The notes under the pieces were generated by a model. The model saw nothing but the letters and a program-made list of their open reading frames with translations, was not told the origin of the DNA and did not search any database. Both the position numbers and the translations under genes were made by a program. From Hydrurus foetidus (Eukaryota): a DNA stretch of 50,421 nt. Numbering within the stretch: position 1 is the first letter of the stretch; every line of letters begins with the position of its first letter. Shown one piece after another: positions 23,537 through 38,500 of the stretch. The stretch lies in the NCBI GenBank assembly GCA_900617105.1, contig UYFQ01000163.1, positions 62,001-112,421 of the forward strand, read 5' to 3'.

Positions 23537-26500
23537 TTATAACGCGGAAGATGGAGTTGAGTCGGAGTAACATTTTTCAAGTGCACTTTTTGAGGAGAGT
23601 ATAGAATCAACTTTCCGTCTTTAAAGGGGAAATAACTCGCGAGCATGTCGACCAGTTGCGATATTCATGTGTGGCTCACCACTACGTATCAGCCATTGGA
23701 AAACTACATGTACCTTGGATTCTTCTTCCTGTTGTTCTTGCAGACTGTTAGACAGAAGCAGTAGAGGAGTACAGCGAGGAACAGTGAAAAAGCTCCAACT
23801 ATAGTAAACACTATTATGGATAATTCTCTATTCAGGCCAGCAACGCCGCCTCTCTCCTTCACGAGAGGGATGTTCGCTGCCGTACTGTTCACAGGAGCAC
23901 CAGTAGGAGAGAAGGAAATATTTGAAGGTCTCAACGTCGGAGCAAAAGTAGGCTGCGATGATTTCACTGCCGTACTGTTCACAGTAGGAAGAGATGTAGG
24001 AGAGAAGGAAATATTTGAAGGTCTCAACGTCGGAGCAAAAGTAGGCTGCGATGATTTCACTGCCGTACTGTTCACAGTAGGAAGAGATGTAGGAGAGAAG
24101 GAAATATTAGAAGGTCTCAACGTCGGAGCAAAAGTAGGCTGCGATGATTTCACTGCCGTACCGTTCACAGGAGAGATAGTAGGCAACAAAGTCGGTTCAA
24201 TAATAGGAACCAGCGTAGGCCGCAAAGTATTCACTGGTGACAGAGGAGATGGCGCAAGCGTGGGCTCCGTAGGCGTCAGTGTCGGTTCAACAGTAGGACC
24301 CGACGGTGCTGTAGGCTGCGATGGTGATGGTGATGATGACGCTGATGGTGACGCTGGTGACAGAGGAGATGGCGCAAGCGTGGGCTCCGTAGGCGTCAGT
24401 GTCGGTTCAACAGTAGGACCCGACGGTGCTGTAGGCTGCGACGGTGATGGTGATGATGACGCTGATGGTGACGCTGGTGACAGAGGAGATGGCGCAAGCG
24501 TGGGCTCCGTAGGCGTCAGTGTCGGTTCAACAGTAGGACCCGACGGTGCTGTAGGCTGCGATGGTGATGGTGATGATGACGCTGGTGACAGAGGAGATGG
24601 CGCAAGCGTGGGCTCCGTAGGCGTCAGTGTCGGTTCAACAGTAGGACCCGACGGTGCTGTAGGCTGTGATGGTGATGGTGATGATGACGCTGATGGTGAC
24701 GCTGGTGACAGAGGAGATGGCGCAAGCGTGGGCTCCGTAGGCGTCAGTGTCGGTTCAACAGTAGGACCCGACGGTGCTGTAGGCTGCGACGGTGATGGTG
24801 ATGATGACGCTGATGGTGACGCTGGTGACAGAGGAGATGGCGCAAGCGTGGGCTCCGTAGGCGTCAGTGTCGGTTCAACAGTAGGACCCGACGGTGCTGT
24901 AGGCTGCGATGGTGATGGTGATGATGACGCTGGTGACAGAGGAGATGGCGCAAGCGTGGGCTCCGTAGGCGTCAGTGTCGGTTCAACAGTAGGACCCGAC
25001 GGTGCTGTAGGCTGCGATGGTGATGGTGATGATGACGCTGATGGTGACGCTGGTGACAGAGGAGATGGCGCAAGCGTGGGCTCCGTAGGCGTCAGTGTCG
25101 GTTCAACAGTAGGACCCGACGGTGCTGTAGGCTGCGATGGTGATGGTGATGATGACGCTGATGGTGACGCTGGTGACAGAGGAGATGGCGCAAGCGTGGG
25201 CTCCGTAGGCGTCAGTGTCGGTTCAACAGTAGGACCCGACGGTGCTGTAGGCTGCGATGGTGATGGTGATGGTGATGATGACGCTGATGGTGACGCTGGT
25301 GACAGAGGAGATGGCGCAAGCGTGGGCTCCGTAGGCGTCAGTGTCGGTTCAACAGTAGGACCCGACGGTGCTGTAGGCTGCGATGGTGATGGTGATGATG
25401 ACGCTGATGGTGACGCTGGTGACAGAGGAGATGGCGCAAGCGTGGGCTCCGTAGGCGTCAGTGTCGGTTCAACAGTAGGACCCGACGGTGCTGTAGGCTG
25501 CGATGGTGATGGTGATGATGGCGCTGATGGTGACGCTGGTGACAGAGGAGATGGCGCAAGCGTGGGCTCCGTAGGCGTCAGTGTCGGTTCAACAGTAGGA
25601 CCCGACGGTGCTGTAGGCTGCGATGGTGATGGTGATGATGACGCTGATGGTGACGCTGGTGACAGAGGAGATGGCGCAAGCGTGGGCTCCGTAGGCGTCA
25701 GTGTCGGTTCAACAGTAGGACCCGACGGTGCTGTAGGCTGCGATGGTGATGGTGATGATGACGCTGATGGTGACGCTGGTGACAGAGGAGATGGCGCAAG
25801 CGTGGGCTCCGTAGGCGTCAGTGTCGGTTCAACAGTAGGACCCGACGGTGCTGTAGGCTGTGATGGTGATGGTGATGATGACGCTAATGGTGACGCTGGT
25901 GACAGAGGAGATGGCGCAAGCGTGGGCTCCGTAGGCGTCAGTGTCGGTTCAACAGTAGGACCCGACGGTGCTGTAGGCTGCGATGGTGATGGTGATGATG
26001 ACGCTGGTGACAGAGGAGATGGCGCAAGCGTGGGCTCCGTAGGCGTCAGTGTCGGTTCAACAGTAGGACCCGACGGTGCTGTAGGCTGCGATGGTGATGG
26101 TGATGATGACGCTGATGGTGACGCTGGTGACAGAGGAGATGGCGCAAGCGTGGGCTCCGTAGGCGTCAGTGTCGGTTCAACAGTAGGACCCGACGGTGCT
26201 GTAGGCTGTGATGGTGATGGTGATGATGACGCTGATGGTGACGCTGGTGACAGAGGAGATGGCGCAAGCGTGGGCTCCGTAGGCGTCAGTGTCGGTTCAA
26301 CAGTCGGACCCGACGGTGCTGTAGGCTGCGATGGTGATGGTGATGATGACGCTGATGGTGACGCTGGTGACAGAGGAGATGGCGCAAGCGTGGGCTCCGT
26401 AGGCGTCAGTGTCGGTTCAACAGTAGGACCCGACGGTGCTGTAGGCTGCGATGGTGATGGTGATGATGACGCTGATGGTGACGCTGGTGACAGAGGAGAT

Positions 26501-29500
26501 GGCGCAAGCGTGGGCTCCGTAGGCGTCAGTGTCGGTTCAACAGTAGGACCCGACGGTGCTGTAGGCTGCGATGGTGATGGTGATGATGACGCTGGTGACA
26601 GAGGAGATGGCGCAAGCGTGGGCTCCGTAGGCGTCAGTGTCGGTTCAACAGTAGGACCCGACGGTGCTGTAGGCTGCGATGGTGATGGTGATGATGACGC
26701 TGATGGTGACGCTGGTGACAGAGGAGATGGCGCAAGCGTGGGCTCCGTAGGCGTCAGTGTCGGTTCAACAGTAGGACCCGACGGTGCTGTAGGCTGCGAT
26801 GGTGATGGTGATGATGACGCTGATGGTGACGCTGGTGACAGAGGAGATGGCGCAAGCGTGGGCTCCGTAGGCGTCAGTGTCGGTTCAACAGTAGGACCCG
26901 ACGGTGCTGTAGGCTGCGATGGTGATGGTGATGATGACGCTGGTGACAGAGGAGATGGCGCAAGCGTGGGCTCCGTAGGCGTCAGTGTCGGTTCAACAGT
27001 GGGACCCGACGGTGCTGTAGGCTGCGATGGTGATGGTGATGATGACGCTGATGGTGACGCTGGTGACAGAGGAGATGGCGCAAGCGTGGGCTCCGTAGGC
27101 GTCAGTGTCGGTTCAACAGTAGGACCCGACGGTGCTGTAGGCTGTGGTGATGGTGATGATGACGCTAATGGTGACGCTGGTGACAGAGGAGATGGCGCAA
27201 GCGTGGGCTCCGTAGGCGTCAGTGTCGGTTCAACAGTAGGACCCGACGGTGCTGTAGGCTGCGATGGTGATGGTGATGATGACGCTGATGGTGACGCTGG
27301 TGACAGAGGAGATGGCGCAAGCGTGGGCTCCGTAGGCGTCAGTGTCGGTTCAACAGTAGGACCCGACGGTGCTGTAGGCTGCGATGGTGATGGTGATGGT
27401 GATGATGACGCTGATGGTGACGCTGGTGACAGAGGAGATGGCGCAAGCGTGGGCTCCGTAGGCGTCAGTGTCGGTTCAACAGTGGGACCCGACGGTGCTG
27501 TAGGCTGCGATGGTGATGGTGATGATGACGCTGATGGTGACGCTGGTGACAGAGGAGATGGCGCAAGCGTGGGCTCCGTAGGCGTCAGTGTCGGTTCAAC
27601 AGTAGGACCCGACGGTGCTGTAGGCTGCGATGGTGATGGTGATGATGACGCTGATGGTGACGCTGGTGACAGAGGAGATGGCGCAAGCGTGGGCTCCGTA
27701 GGCGTCAGTGTCGGTTCAACAGTGGGACCCGACGGTGCTGTAGGCTGCGATGGTGATGGTGATGATGACGCTGATGGTGACGCTGGTGACAGAGGAGATG
27801 GCGCAAGCGTTGGCTCCGTAGGCGTCAGTGTCGGTTCAACAGTAGGACCCGACGGTGCTGTAGGCTGCGATGGTGATGGTGATGATGACGCTGGTGACAG
27901 AGGAGATGGCGCAAGCGTGGGCTCCGTAGGCGTCAGTGTCGGTTCAACAGTAGGACCCGACGGTGCTGTAGGCTGCGATGGTGATGGTGATGATGACGCT
28001 GATGGTGACGCTGGTGACAGAGGAGATGGCGCAAGCGTGGGCTCCGTAGGCGTCAGTGTCGGTTCAACAGTAGGACCCGACGGTGCTGTAGGCTGCGATG
28101 GTGATGGTGATGATGACGCTGATGGTGACGCTGGTGACAGAGGAGATGGCGCAAGCGTGGGCTCCGTAGGCGTCAGTGTCGGTTCAACAGTAGGACCCGA
28201 CGGTGCTGTAGGCTGCGATGGTGATGGTGATGATGACGCTGATGGTGACGCTGGTGACAGAGGAGATGGCGCAAGCGTGGGCTCCGTAGGCGTCAGTGTC
28301 GGTTCAACAGTAGGACCCGACGGTGCTGTAGGCTGCGATGGTGATGGTGATGATGACGCTGATGGTGACGCTGGTGACAGAGGAGATGGCGCAAGCGTGG
28401 GCTCCGTAGGCGTCAGTGTCGGTTCAACAGTAGGACCGACGGTGCTGTAGGCTGCGATGGTGATGGTGATGATGACGCTGATGGTGACGCTGGTGACAGA
28501 GGAGATGGCGCAAGCGTGGGCTCCGTAGGCGTCAGTGTCGGTTCAACAGTAGGACCAGACGGTGCTGTAGGCTGCGATGGTGATGGTGATGATGACGCTG
28601 ATGGTGACGCTGGTGACAGAGGAGATGGCGCAAGCGTGGGCTCCGTAGGCGTCAGTGTCGGTTCAACAGTAGGACCCGACGGTGCTGTAGGCTGCGATGG
28701 TGATGGTGATGATGACGCTGGTGACAGAGGAGATGGCGCAAGCGTGGGCTCCGTAGGCGTCAGTGTCGGTTCAACAGTAGGACCCGACGGTGCTGTAGGC
28801 TGCGATGGTGATGGTGATGATGACGCTGGTGACAGAGGAGATGGCGCAAGCGTGGGCTCCGTAGGCGTCAGTGTCGGTTCAACAGTAGGACCCGACGGTG
28901 TTGTAGGCTGCGATGGTGATGGTGATGATGACGCTGATGGTGACGCTGGTGACAGAGGAGATGGCGCAAGCGTGGGCTCCGTAGGCGTCAGTGTCGGTTC
29001 AACAGTAGGACCCGACGGTGCTGTAGGCTGCGATGGTGATGGTGATGATGACGCTGATGGTGACGCTGGTGACAGAGGAGATGGCGCAAGCGTGGGCTCC
29101 GTAGGCGTCAGTGTCGGTTCAACAGTAGGACCCGACGGTGCTGTAGGCTGCGATGGTGATGGTGATGGTGATGATGACGCTGATGGTGACGCTGGTGACA
29201 GAGGAGATGGCGCAAGCGTGGGCTCCGTAGGCGTCAGTGTCGGTTCAACAGTAGGACCCGACGGTGCTGTAGGCTGCGATGGTGATGGTGATGGTGATGA
29301 CGCTGATGGTGACGCTGGTGACAGAGGAGATGGCGCAAGCGGTGGCTCCGTAGGCGTCAGTGTGGTGTCAACAGTAGGACCGCACTGCTGTAGGCTGCGA
29401 TGGTGATGGTGATGATGACGCTGATGGTGACGCTGGTGACAGAGGAGATGGCGCAAGCGTGGGCTCCGTAGGCGTCAGTGTCGGTTCAACAGTAGGACCC

Positions 29501-32500
29501 GACGGTGCTGTAGGCTGCGATGGTGATGGTGATGATGACCCTGATGGTGACGCTGGTGACAGAGGAGATGGCGCAAGCGTGGGCTCCGTAGGCGTCAGTG
29601 TCGGTTCAGCAGTCGGACCCGACGGTGCTGTAGGCAGCGACGGTGATGAAGATAAAAAAGCTGATGGTGTCACAGTTGGCACCGCACTCGCACTAGGTGT
29701 CGATGACGGTGATAGTGTCACAGTTGGTACCGCACTCGCACTAGGTGTCGATGACGGTGATGGTGTCACAGTTGGTACCGCACTCGCACTAGGTGTCGAT
29801 GACGGTGATGGTGATGGTGTCACAGTTGGTACCGCACTCGCACTAGGTGTCGATGACGGTGATGGTGTCACAGTTGGTACCGCACTCGCACTAGGTGTCG
29901 ATGACGGTGATGGTGTCACAGTTGGTACCGCACTCGCACTAGGTGTCGATGACGGTGATGGTGATGGTGTCACAGTTGGTACCGCACCATCGCAGGTGTC
30001 GATGACGGTGATGGTGTCACAGTTGGTACCGCACTCGCACTAGGTGTCGATGACGGTGATGGTGTCACAGTTGGTACCGCACTCGCACTAGGTGTCGATG
30101 ACGGTGATGGTGTCACAGTTGGTACCGCACTCGCACTAGGTGTCGATGACGGTGATGGTGTCACAGTTGGTACCGCACTCGCACTAGGTGTCGATGACGG
30201 TGATGGTGTCACAGTTGGTACCGCACTCGCACTAGGTGTCGATGACGGTGATGGTGATGGTGTCACAGTTGGTACCGCACTCGCACTAGGTGTCGATGAC
30301 GGTGATGGTGTCACAGTTGGTACCGCACTCGCACTAGGTGTCGATGACGGTGATGGTGATGGTGTCACAGTTGGTACCGCACTCGCACTAGGTGTCGATG
30401 ACGGTGATGGTGTCACAGTTGGTACCGCACTCGCACTAGGTGTCGGTGATGGTGATGGTGATGGTGTCACAGTTGGTACCGCACTCGCACTAGGTGTCGA
30501 TGACGGTGATGGTGTCACAGTTGGTACCGCACTCGCACTAGGTGTCGATGACGGTGATGGTGTCACAGTTGGTACCGCACTCGCACTAGGTGTCGATGAC
30601 GGTGATGGTGATGGTGTCTCAGTTGGTACCGCACTCGCACTAGGTGTCGATGACGGTGATGGTGTCACAGTTGGTACCGCACTCGCACTAGGTGTCGATG
30701 ACGGTGATGGTGATGGTGTCACAGTTGGTACCGCACTCGCACTAGGTGTCGATGACGGTGATGGTGATGGTGTCACAGTTGGTACCGCACTCGCACTAGG
30801 TGTCGATGACGGTGATGGTGTCACAGTTGGTACCGCACTCGCACTAGGTGTCGATGACGGTGATGGTGTCACAGTTGGTACCGCACTCGCACTAGGTGTC
30901 GATGACGGTGATGGTGTCACAGTTGGTACCGCACTCGCACTAGGTGTCGATGACGGTGATGGTGTCACAGTTGGTACCGCACTCGCACTAGGTGTCGATG
31001 ACGGTGATGGTGTCACAGTTGGTACCGCACTCGCACTAGGTGTCGATGACGGTGATGGTGTCACAGTTGGTACCGCACTCGCACTAGGTGTCGATGACGG
31101 TGATGGTGTCACAGTTGGTACCGCACTCGCACTAGGTGTCGATGACGGTGATGGTGTCACAGTTGGTACCGCACTCGCACTAGGTGTCGATGACGGTGAT
31201 GGTGTCACAGTTGGTACCGCACTCGCACTAGGTGTCGATGACGGTGATGGTGTCACAGTTGGTACCGCACTCGCACTAGGTGTCGATGACGGTGATGATG
31301 ATGGTGTCACAGTTGGTACCGCACTCGCACTAGGTGTCGATGACGGTGATGGTGTCACAGTTGGTACCGCACTCGCACTAGGTGTCGATGACGGTGATGG
31401 TGTCACAGTTGGTACCGCACTCGCACTAGGTGTCGATGACGGTGATGGTGTCACAGTTGGTACCGCACTCGCACTAGGTGTCGATGACGGTGATGGTGTC
31501 ACAGTTGGTACCGCACTCGCACTAGGTGTCGATGACGGTGATGGTGTCACAGTTGGTACCGCACTCGCACTAGGTGTCGATGACGGTGATGGTGTCACAG
31601 TTGGTACCGCACTCGCACTAGGTGTCGATGACGGTGATGGTGTCACAGTTGGTACCGCACTCGCACTAGGTGTCGATGACGGTGATGGTGTCTCAGTTGG
31701 TACCGCACTCGCACTAGGTGTCGATGACGGTGATGGTGTCACAGTTGGTACCGCACTCGCACTAGGTGTCGATGACGGTGATGGTGATCACAGTTGGTAC
31801 CGCACTCGCACTAGGTGTCGATGACGGTGATGGTGTCACAGTTGGTACCGCACTCGCACTAGGTGTCGATGACGGTGATGGTGTCACAGTTGGTACCGCA
31901 CTCGCACTAGGTGTCGATGACGGTGATGGTGTCACAGTTGGTACCGCACTCGCACTAGGTGTCGATGACGGTGATGGTGTCACAGTTGGTACCGCACTCG
32001 CACTAGGTGTCGATGACGGTGATGGTGTCACAGTTGGTACCGCACTCGCACTAGGTGTCGATGACGGTGATGGTGTCACAGTTGGTACCGCACTCGCACT
32101 AGGTGTCGATGACGGTGATGGTGTCACAGTTGGTACCGCACTCGCACTAGGTGTCGATGACGGTGATGGTGTCACAGTTGGTACCGCACTCGCACTAGGT
32201 GTCGATGACGGTGATGGTGTCACAGTTGGTACCGCACTCGCACTAGGTGTCGATGACGGTGATGGTGACTCAGTTGGTACCGCACTCGCACTGGTGTCGA
32301 TGACGGTGATGGTGTCACAGTTGGTACCGCACTAGGTGTCGATGACGGTGATGGTGTCACAGTTGGTACCGCACTCGCACTAGGTGTCGATGACGGTGAT
32401 GGTGTCACAGTTGGTACCGCACTCGCACTAGGTGTCGATGACGGTGATGGTGTCACAGTTGGTACCGCACTCGCACTAGGTGTCGATGACGGTGATGGTG

Positions 32501-35500
32501 TCACAGTTGGTACCGCACTCGCACTAGGTGTCGATGACGGTGATGGTGTCACAGTTGGTACCGCACTCGCACTAGGTGTCGATGACGGTGATGGTGTCAC
32601 AGTTGGTACCGCACTCGCACTAGGTGTCGATGACGGTGATGGTGTCACAGTTGGTACCGCACTCGCACTAGGTGTCGATGACGGTGATGGTGTCACAGTT
32701 GGTACCGCACTCGCACTAGGTGTCGATGACGGTGATGGTGTCACAGTTGGTACCGCACTCGCACTAGGTGTCGATGACGGTGATGGTGTCACAGTTGGTA
32801 CCGCACTCGCACTAGGTGTCGATGACGGTGATGGTGTCACAGTTGGTACCGCACTCGCACTAGGTGTCGATGACGGTGATGGTGTCACAGTTGGTACCGC
32901 ACTCGCACTAGGTGTCGATGACGGTGATGGTGTCACAGTTGGTACCGCACTCGCACTAGGTGTCGATGACGGTGATGGTGTCACAGTTGGTACCGCACTC
33001 GCACTAGGTGTCGATGACGGTGATGGTGTCACAGTTGGTACCGCACTCGCACTAGGTGTCGATGACGGTGATGGTGTCACAGTTGGTACCGCACTCGCAC
33101 TAGGTGTCGATGACGGTGATGGTGTCACAGTTGGTACCGCACTCGCACTAGGTGTCGATGACGGTGATGGTGTCACAGTTGGTACCGCACTCGCACTAGG
33201 TGTCGATGACGGTGATGGTGTCACAGTTGGTACCGCACTCGCACTAGGTGTCGATGACGGTGATGGTGTCACAGTTGGTACCGCACTCGCACTAGGTGTC
33301 GATGACGGTGATGGTGTCACAGTTGGTACCGCACTCGCACTAGGTGTCGATGACGGTGATGGTGTCACAGTTGGTACCGCACTCGCACTAGGTGTCGATG
33401 ACGGTGATGGTGTCACAGTTGGTACCGCACTCGCACTAGGTGTCGATGACGGTGATGGTGTCACAGTTGGTACCGCACTCGCACTAGGTGTCGATGACGG
33501 TGATGGTGTCACAGTTGGTACCGCACTCGCACTAGGTGTCGATGACGGTGATGGTGTCACAGTTGGTACCGCACTCGCACTAGGTGTCGATGACGGTGAT
33601 GGTGTCACAGTTGGTACCGCACTCGCACTAGGTGTCGATGACGGTGATGGTGTCACAGTTGGTACCGCACTCGCACTAGGTGTCGATGACGGTGATGGTG
33701 TCACAGTTGGTACCGCACTCGCACTAGGTGTCGATGACGGTGATGGTGTCACAGTTGGTACCGCACTCGCACTAGGTGTCGATGACGGTGATGGTGTCAC
33801 AGTTGGTACCGCACTCGCACTAGGTGTCGATGACGGTGATGGTGTCACAGTTGGTACCGCACTCGCACTAGGTGTCGATGACGGTGATGGTGTCACAGTT
33901 GGTACCGCACTCGCACTAGGTGTCGATGACGGTGATGGTGTCACAGTTGGTACCGCACTCGCACTAGGTGTCGATGACGGTGATGGTGTCACAGTTGGTA
34001 CCGCACTCGCACTAGGTGTCGATGACGGTGATGGTGTCACAGTTGGTACCGCACTCGCACTAGGTGTCGATGACGGTGATGGTGTCACAGTTGGTACCGC
34101 ACTCGCACTAGGTGTCGATGACGGTGATGGTGTCACAGTTGGTACCGCACTCGCACTAGGTGTCGATGACGGTGATGGTGTCACAGTTGGTACCGCACTC
34201 GCACTAGGTGTCGATGACGGTGATGGTGTCACAGTTGGTACCGCACTCGCACTAGGTGTCGATGACGGTGATGGTGTCACAGTTGGTACCGCACTCGCAC
34301 TAGGTGTCGATGACGGTGATGGTGTCACAGTTGGTACCGCACTCGCACTAGGTGTCGATGACGGTGATGGTGTCACAGTTGGTACCGCACTCGCACTAGG
34401 TGTCGATGACGGTGATGGTGTCACAGTTGGTACCGCACTCGCACTAGGTGTCGATGACGGTGATGGTGTCACAGTTGGTACCGCACTCGCACTAGGTGTC
34501 GATGACGGTGATGGTGTCACAGTTGGTACCGCACTCGCACTAGGTGTCGATGACGGTGATGGTGTCACAGTTGGTACCGCACTCGCACTAGGTGTCGATG
34601 ACGGTGATGGTGTCACAGTTGGTACCGCACTCGCACTAGGTGTCGATGACGGTGATGGTGTCACAGTTGGTACCGCACTCGCACTAGGTGTCGATGACGG
34701 TGATGGTGTCACAGTTGGTACCGCACTCGCACTAGGTGTCGATGACGGTGATGGTGTCACAGTTGGTACCGCACTCGCACTAGGTGTCGATGACGGTGAT
34801 GGTGTCACAGTTGGTACCGCACTCGCACTAGGTGTCGATGACGGTGATGGTGTCACAGTTGGTACCGCACTCGCACTAGGTGTCGATGACGGTGATGGTG
34901 TCACAGTTGGTACCGCACTCGCACTAGGTGTCGATGACGGTGATGGTGTCACAGTTGGTACCGCACTCGCACTAGGTGTCGATGACGGTGATGGTGTCAC
35001 AGTTGGTACCGCACTCGCACTAGGTGTCGATGACGGTGATGGTGTCACAGTTGGTACCGCACTCGCACTAGGTGTCGATGACGGTGATGGTGTCACAGTT
35101 GGTACCGCACTCGCACTAGGTGTCGATGACGGTGATGGTGTCACAGTTGGTACCGCACTCGCACTAGGTGTCGATGACGGTGATGGTGTCACAGTTGGTA
35201 CCGCACTCGCACTAGGTGTCGATGACGGTGATGGTGTCACAGTTGGTACCGCACTCGCACTAGGTGTCGATGACGGTGATGGTGTCACAGTTGGTACCGC
35301 ACTCGCACTAGGTGTCGATGACGGTGATGGTGTCACAGTTGGTACCGCACTCGCACTAGGTGTCGATGACGGTGATGGTGTCACAGTTGGTACCGCACTC
35401 GCACTAGGTGTCGATGACGGTGATGGTGTCACAGTTGGTACCGCACTCGCACTAGGTGTCGATGACGGTGATGGTGTCACAGTTGGTACCGCACTCGCAC

Positions 35501-38500
35501 CAGGTGTCGATGACGGTGATGGTGTCACAGTTGGTACCGCACTCGCACTAGGTGTCGATGACGGTGATGGTGTCACAGTTGGTACCGCACTCGCACTAGG
35601 TGTCGATGACGGTGATGGTGTCACAGTTGGTACCGCACTCGCACTAGGTGTCGATGACGGTGATGGTGTCACAGTTGGTACCGCACTCGCACTAGGTGTC
35701 GATGACGGTGATGGTGTCACAGTTGGTACCGCACTCGCACTAGGTGTCGATGACGGTGATGGTGTCACAGTTGGTACCGCACTCGCACTAGGTGTCGATG
35801 ACGGTGATGGTGTCACAGTTGGTACCGCACTCGCACTAGGTGTCGATGACGGTGATGGTGTCACAGTTGGTACCGCACTCGCACTAGGTGTCGATGACGG
35901 TGATGGTGTCACAGTTGGTACCGCACTCGCACTAGGTGTCGATGACGGTGATGGTGTCACAGTTGGTACCGCACTCGCACTAGGTGTCGATGACGGTGAT
36001 GGTGTCACAGTTGGTACCGCACTCGCACTAGGTGTCGATGACGGTGATGGTGTCACAGTTGGTACCGCACTCGCACTAGGTGTCGATGACGGTGATGGTG
36101 TCACAGTTGGTACCGCACTCGCACTAGGTGTCGATGACGGTGATGGTGTCACAGTTGGTACCGCACTCGCACTAGGTGTCGATGACGGTGATGGTGTCAC
36201 AGTTGGTACCGCACTCGCACTAGGTGTCGATGACGGTGATGGTGTCACAGTTGGTACCGCACTCGCACTAGGTGTCGATGACGGTGATGGTGTCACAGTT
36301 GGTACCGCACTCGCACTAGGTGTCGATGACGGTGATGGTGTCACAGTTGGTACCGCACTCGCACTAGGTGTCGATGACGGTGATGGTGTCACAGTTGGTA
36401 CCGCACTCGCACTAGGTGTCGATGACGGTGATGGTGTCACAGTTGGTACCGCACTCGCACTAGGTGTCGATGACGGTGATGGTGTCACAGTTGGTACCGC
36501 ACTCGCACTAGGTGTCGATGACGGTGATGGTGTCACAGTTGGTACCGCACTCGCACTAGGTGTCGATGACGGTGATGGTGTCACAGTTGGTACCGCACTC
36601 GCACTAGGTGTCGATGACGGTGATGGTGTCACAGTTGGTACCGCACTCGCACTAGGTGTCGATGACGGTGATGGTGTCACAGTTGGTACCGCACTCGCAC
36701 TAGGTGTCGATGACGGTGATGGTGTCACAGTTGGTACCGCACTCGCACTAGGTGTCGATGACGGTGATGGTGTCACAGTTGGTACCGCACTCGCACTAGG
36801 TGTCGATGACGGTGATGGTGTCACAGTTGGTACCGCACTCGCACTAGGTGTCGATGACGGTGATGGTGTCACAGTTGGTACCGCACTCGCACTAGGTGTC
36901 GATGACGGTGATGGTGTCACAGTTGGTACCGCACTCGCACTAGGTGTCGATGACGGTGATGGTGTCACAGTTGGTACCGCACTCGCACTAGGTGTCGATG
37001 ACGGTGATGGTGTCACAGTTGGTACCGCACTCGCACTAGGTGTCGATGACGGTGATGGTGTCACAGTTGGTACCGCACTCGCACTAGGTGTCGATGACGG
37101 TGATGGTGTCACAGTTGGTACCGCACTCGCACTAGGTGTCGATGACGGTGATGGTGTCACAGTTGGTACCGCACTCGCACTAGGTGTCGATGACGGTGAT
37201 GGTGTCACAGTTGGTACCGCACTCGCACTAGGTGTCGATGACGGTGATGGTGTCACAGTTGGTACCGCACTCGCACTAGGTGTCGATGACGGTGATGGTG
37301 TCACAGTTGGTACCGCACTCGCACTAGGTGTCGATGACGGTGATGGTGTCACAGTTGGTACCGCACTCGCACTAGGTGTCGATGACGGTGATGGTGTCAC
37401 AGTTGGTACCGCACTCGCACTAGGTGTCGATGACGGTGATGGTGTCACAGTTGGTACCGCACTCGCACTAGGTGTCGATGACGGTGATGGTGTCACAGTT
37501 GGTACCGCACTCGCACTAGGTGTCGATGACGGTGATGGTGTCACAGTTGGTACCGCACTCGCACCAGGTGTCGATGACGGTGATGGTGTCACAGTTGGTA
37601 CCGCACTCGCACTAGGTGTCGATGACGGTGATGGTGTCACAGTTGGTACCGCACTCGCACTAGGTGTCGATGACGGTGATGGTGTCACAGTTGGTACCGC
37701 ACTCGCACTAGGTGTCGATGACGGTGATGGTGTCACAGTTGGTACCGCACTCGCACTAGGTGTCGATGACGGTGATGGTGTCACAGTTGGTACCGCACTC
37801 GCACTAGGTGTCGATGACGGTGATGGTGTCACAGTTGGTACCGCACTCGCACTAGGTGTCGATGACGGTGATGGTGTCACAGTTGGTACCGCACTCGCAC
37901 TAGGTGTCGATGACGGTGATGGTGTCACAGTTGGTACCGCACTCGCACTAGGTGTCGATGACGGTGATGGTGTCACAGTTGGTACCGCACTCGCACTAGG
38001 TGTCGATGACGGTGATGGTGTCACAGTTGGTACCGCACTCGCACTAGGTGTCGATGACGGTGATGGTGTCACAGTTGGTACCGCACTCGCACTAGGTGTC
38101 GATGACGGTGATGGTGTCACAGTTGGTACCGCACTCGCACTAGGTGTCGATGACGGTGATGGTGTCACAGTTGGTACCGCACTCGCACTAGGTGTCGATG
38201 ACGGTGATGGTGTCACAGTTGGTACCGCACTCGCACTAGGTGTCGATGACGGTGATGGTGTCACAGTTGGTACCGCACTCGCACTAGGTGTCGATGACGG
38301 TGATGGTGTCACAGTTGGTACCGCACTCGCACTAGGTGTCGATGACGGTGATGGTGTCACAGTTGGTACCGCACTCGCACTAGGTGTCGATGACGGTGAT
38401 GGTGTCACAGTTGGTACCGCACTCGCACTAGGTGTCGATGACGGTGATGGTGTCACAGTTGGTACCGCACTCGCACTAGGTGTCGATGACGGTGATGGTG

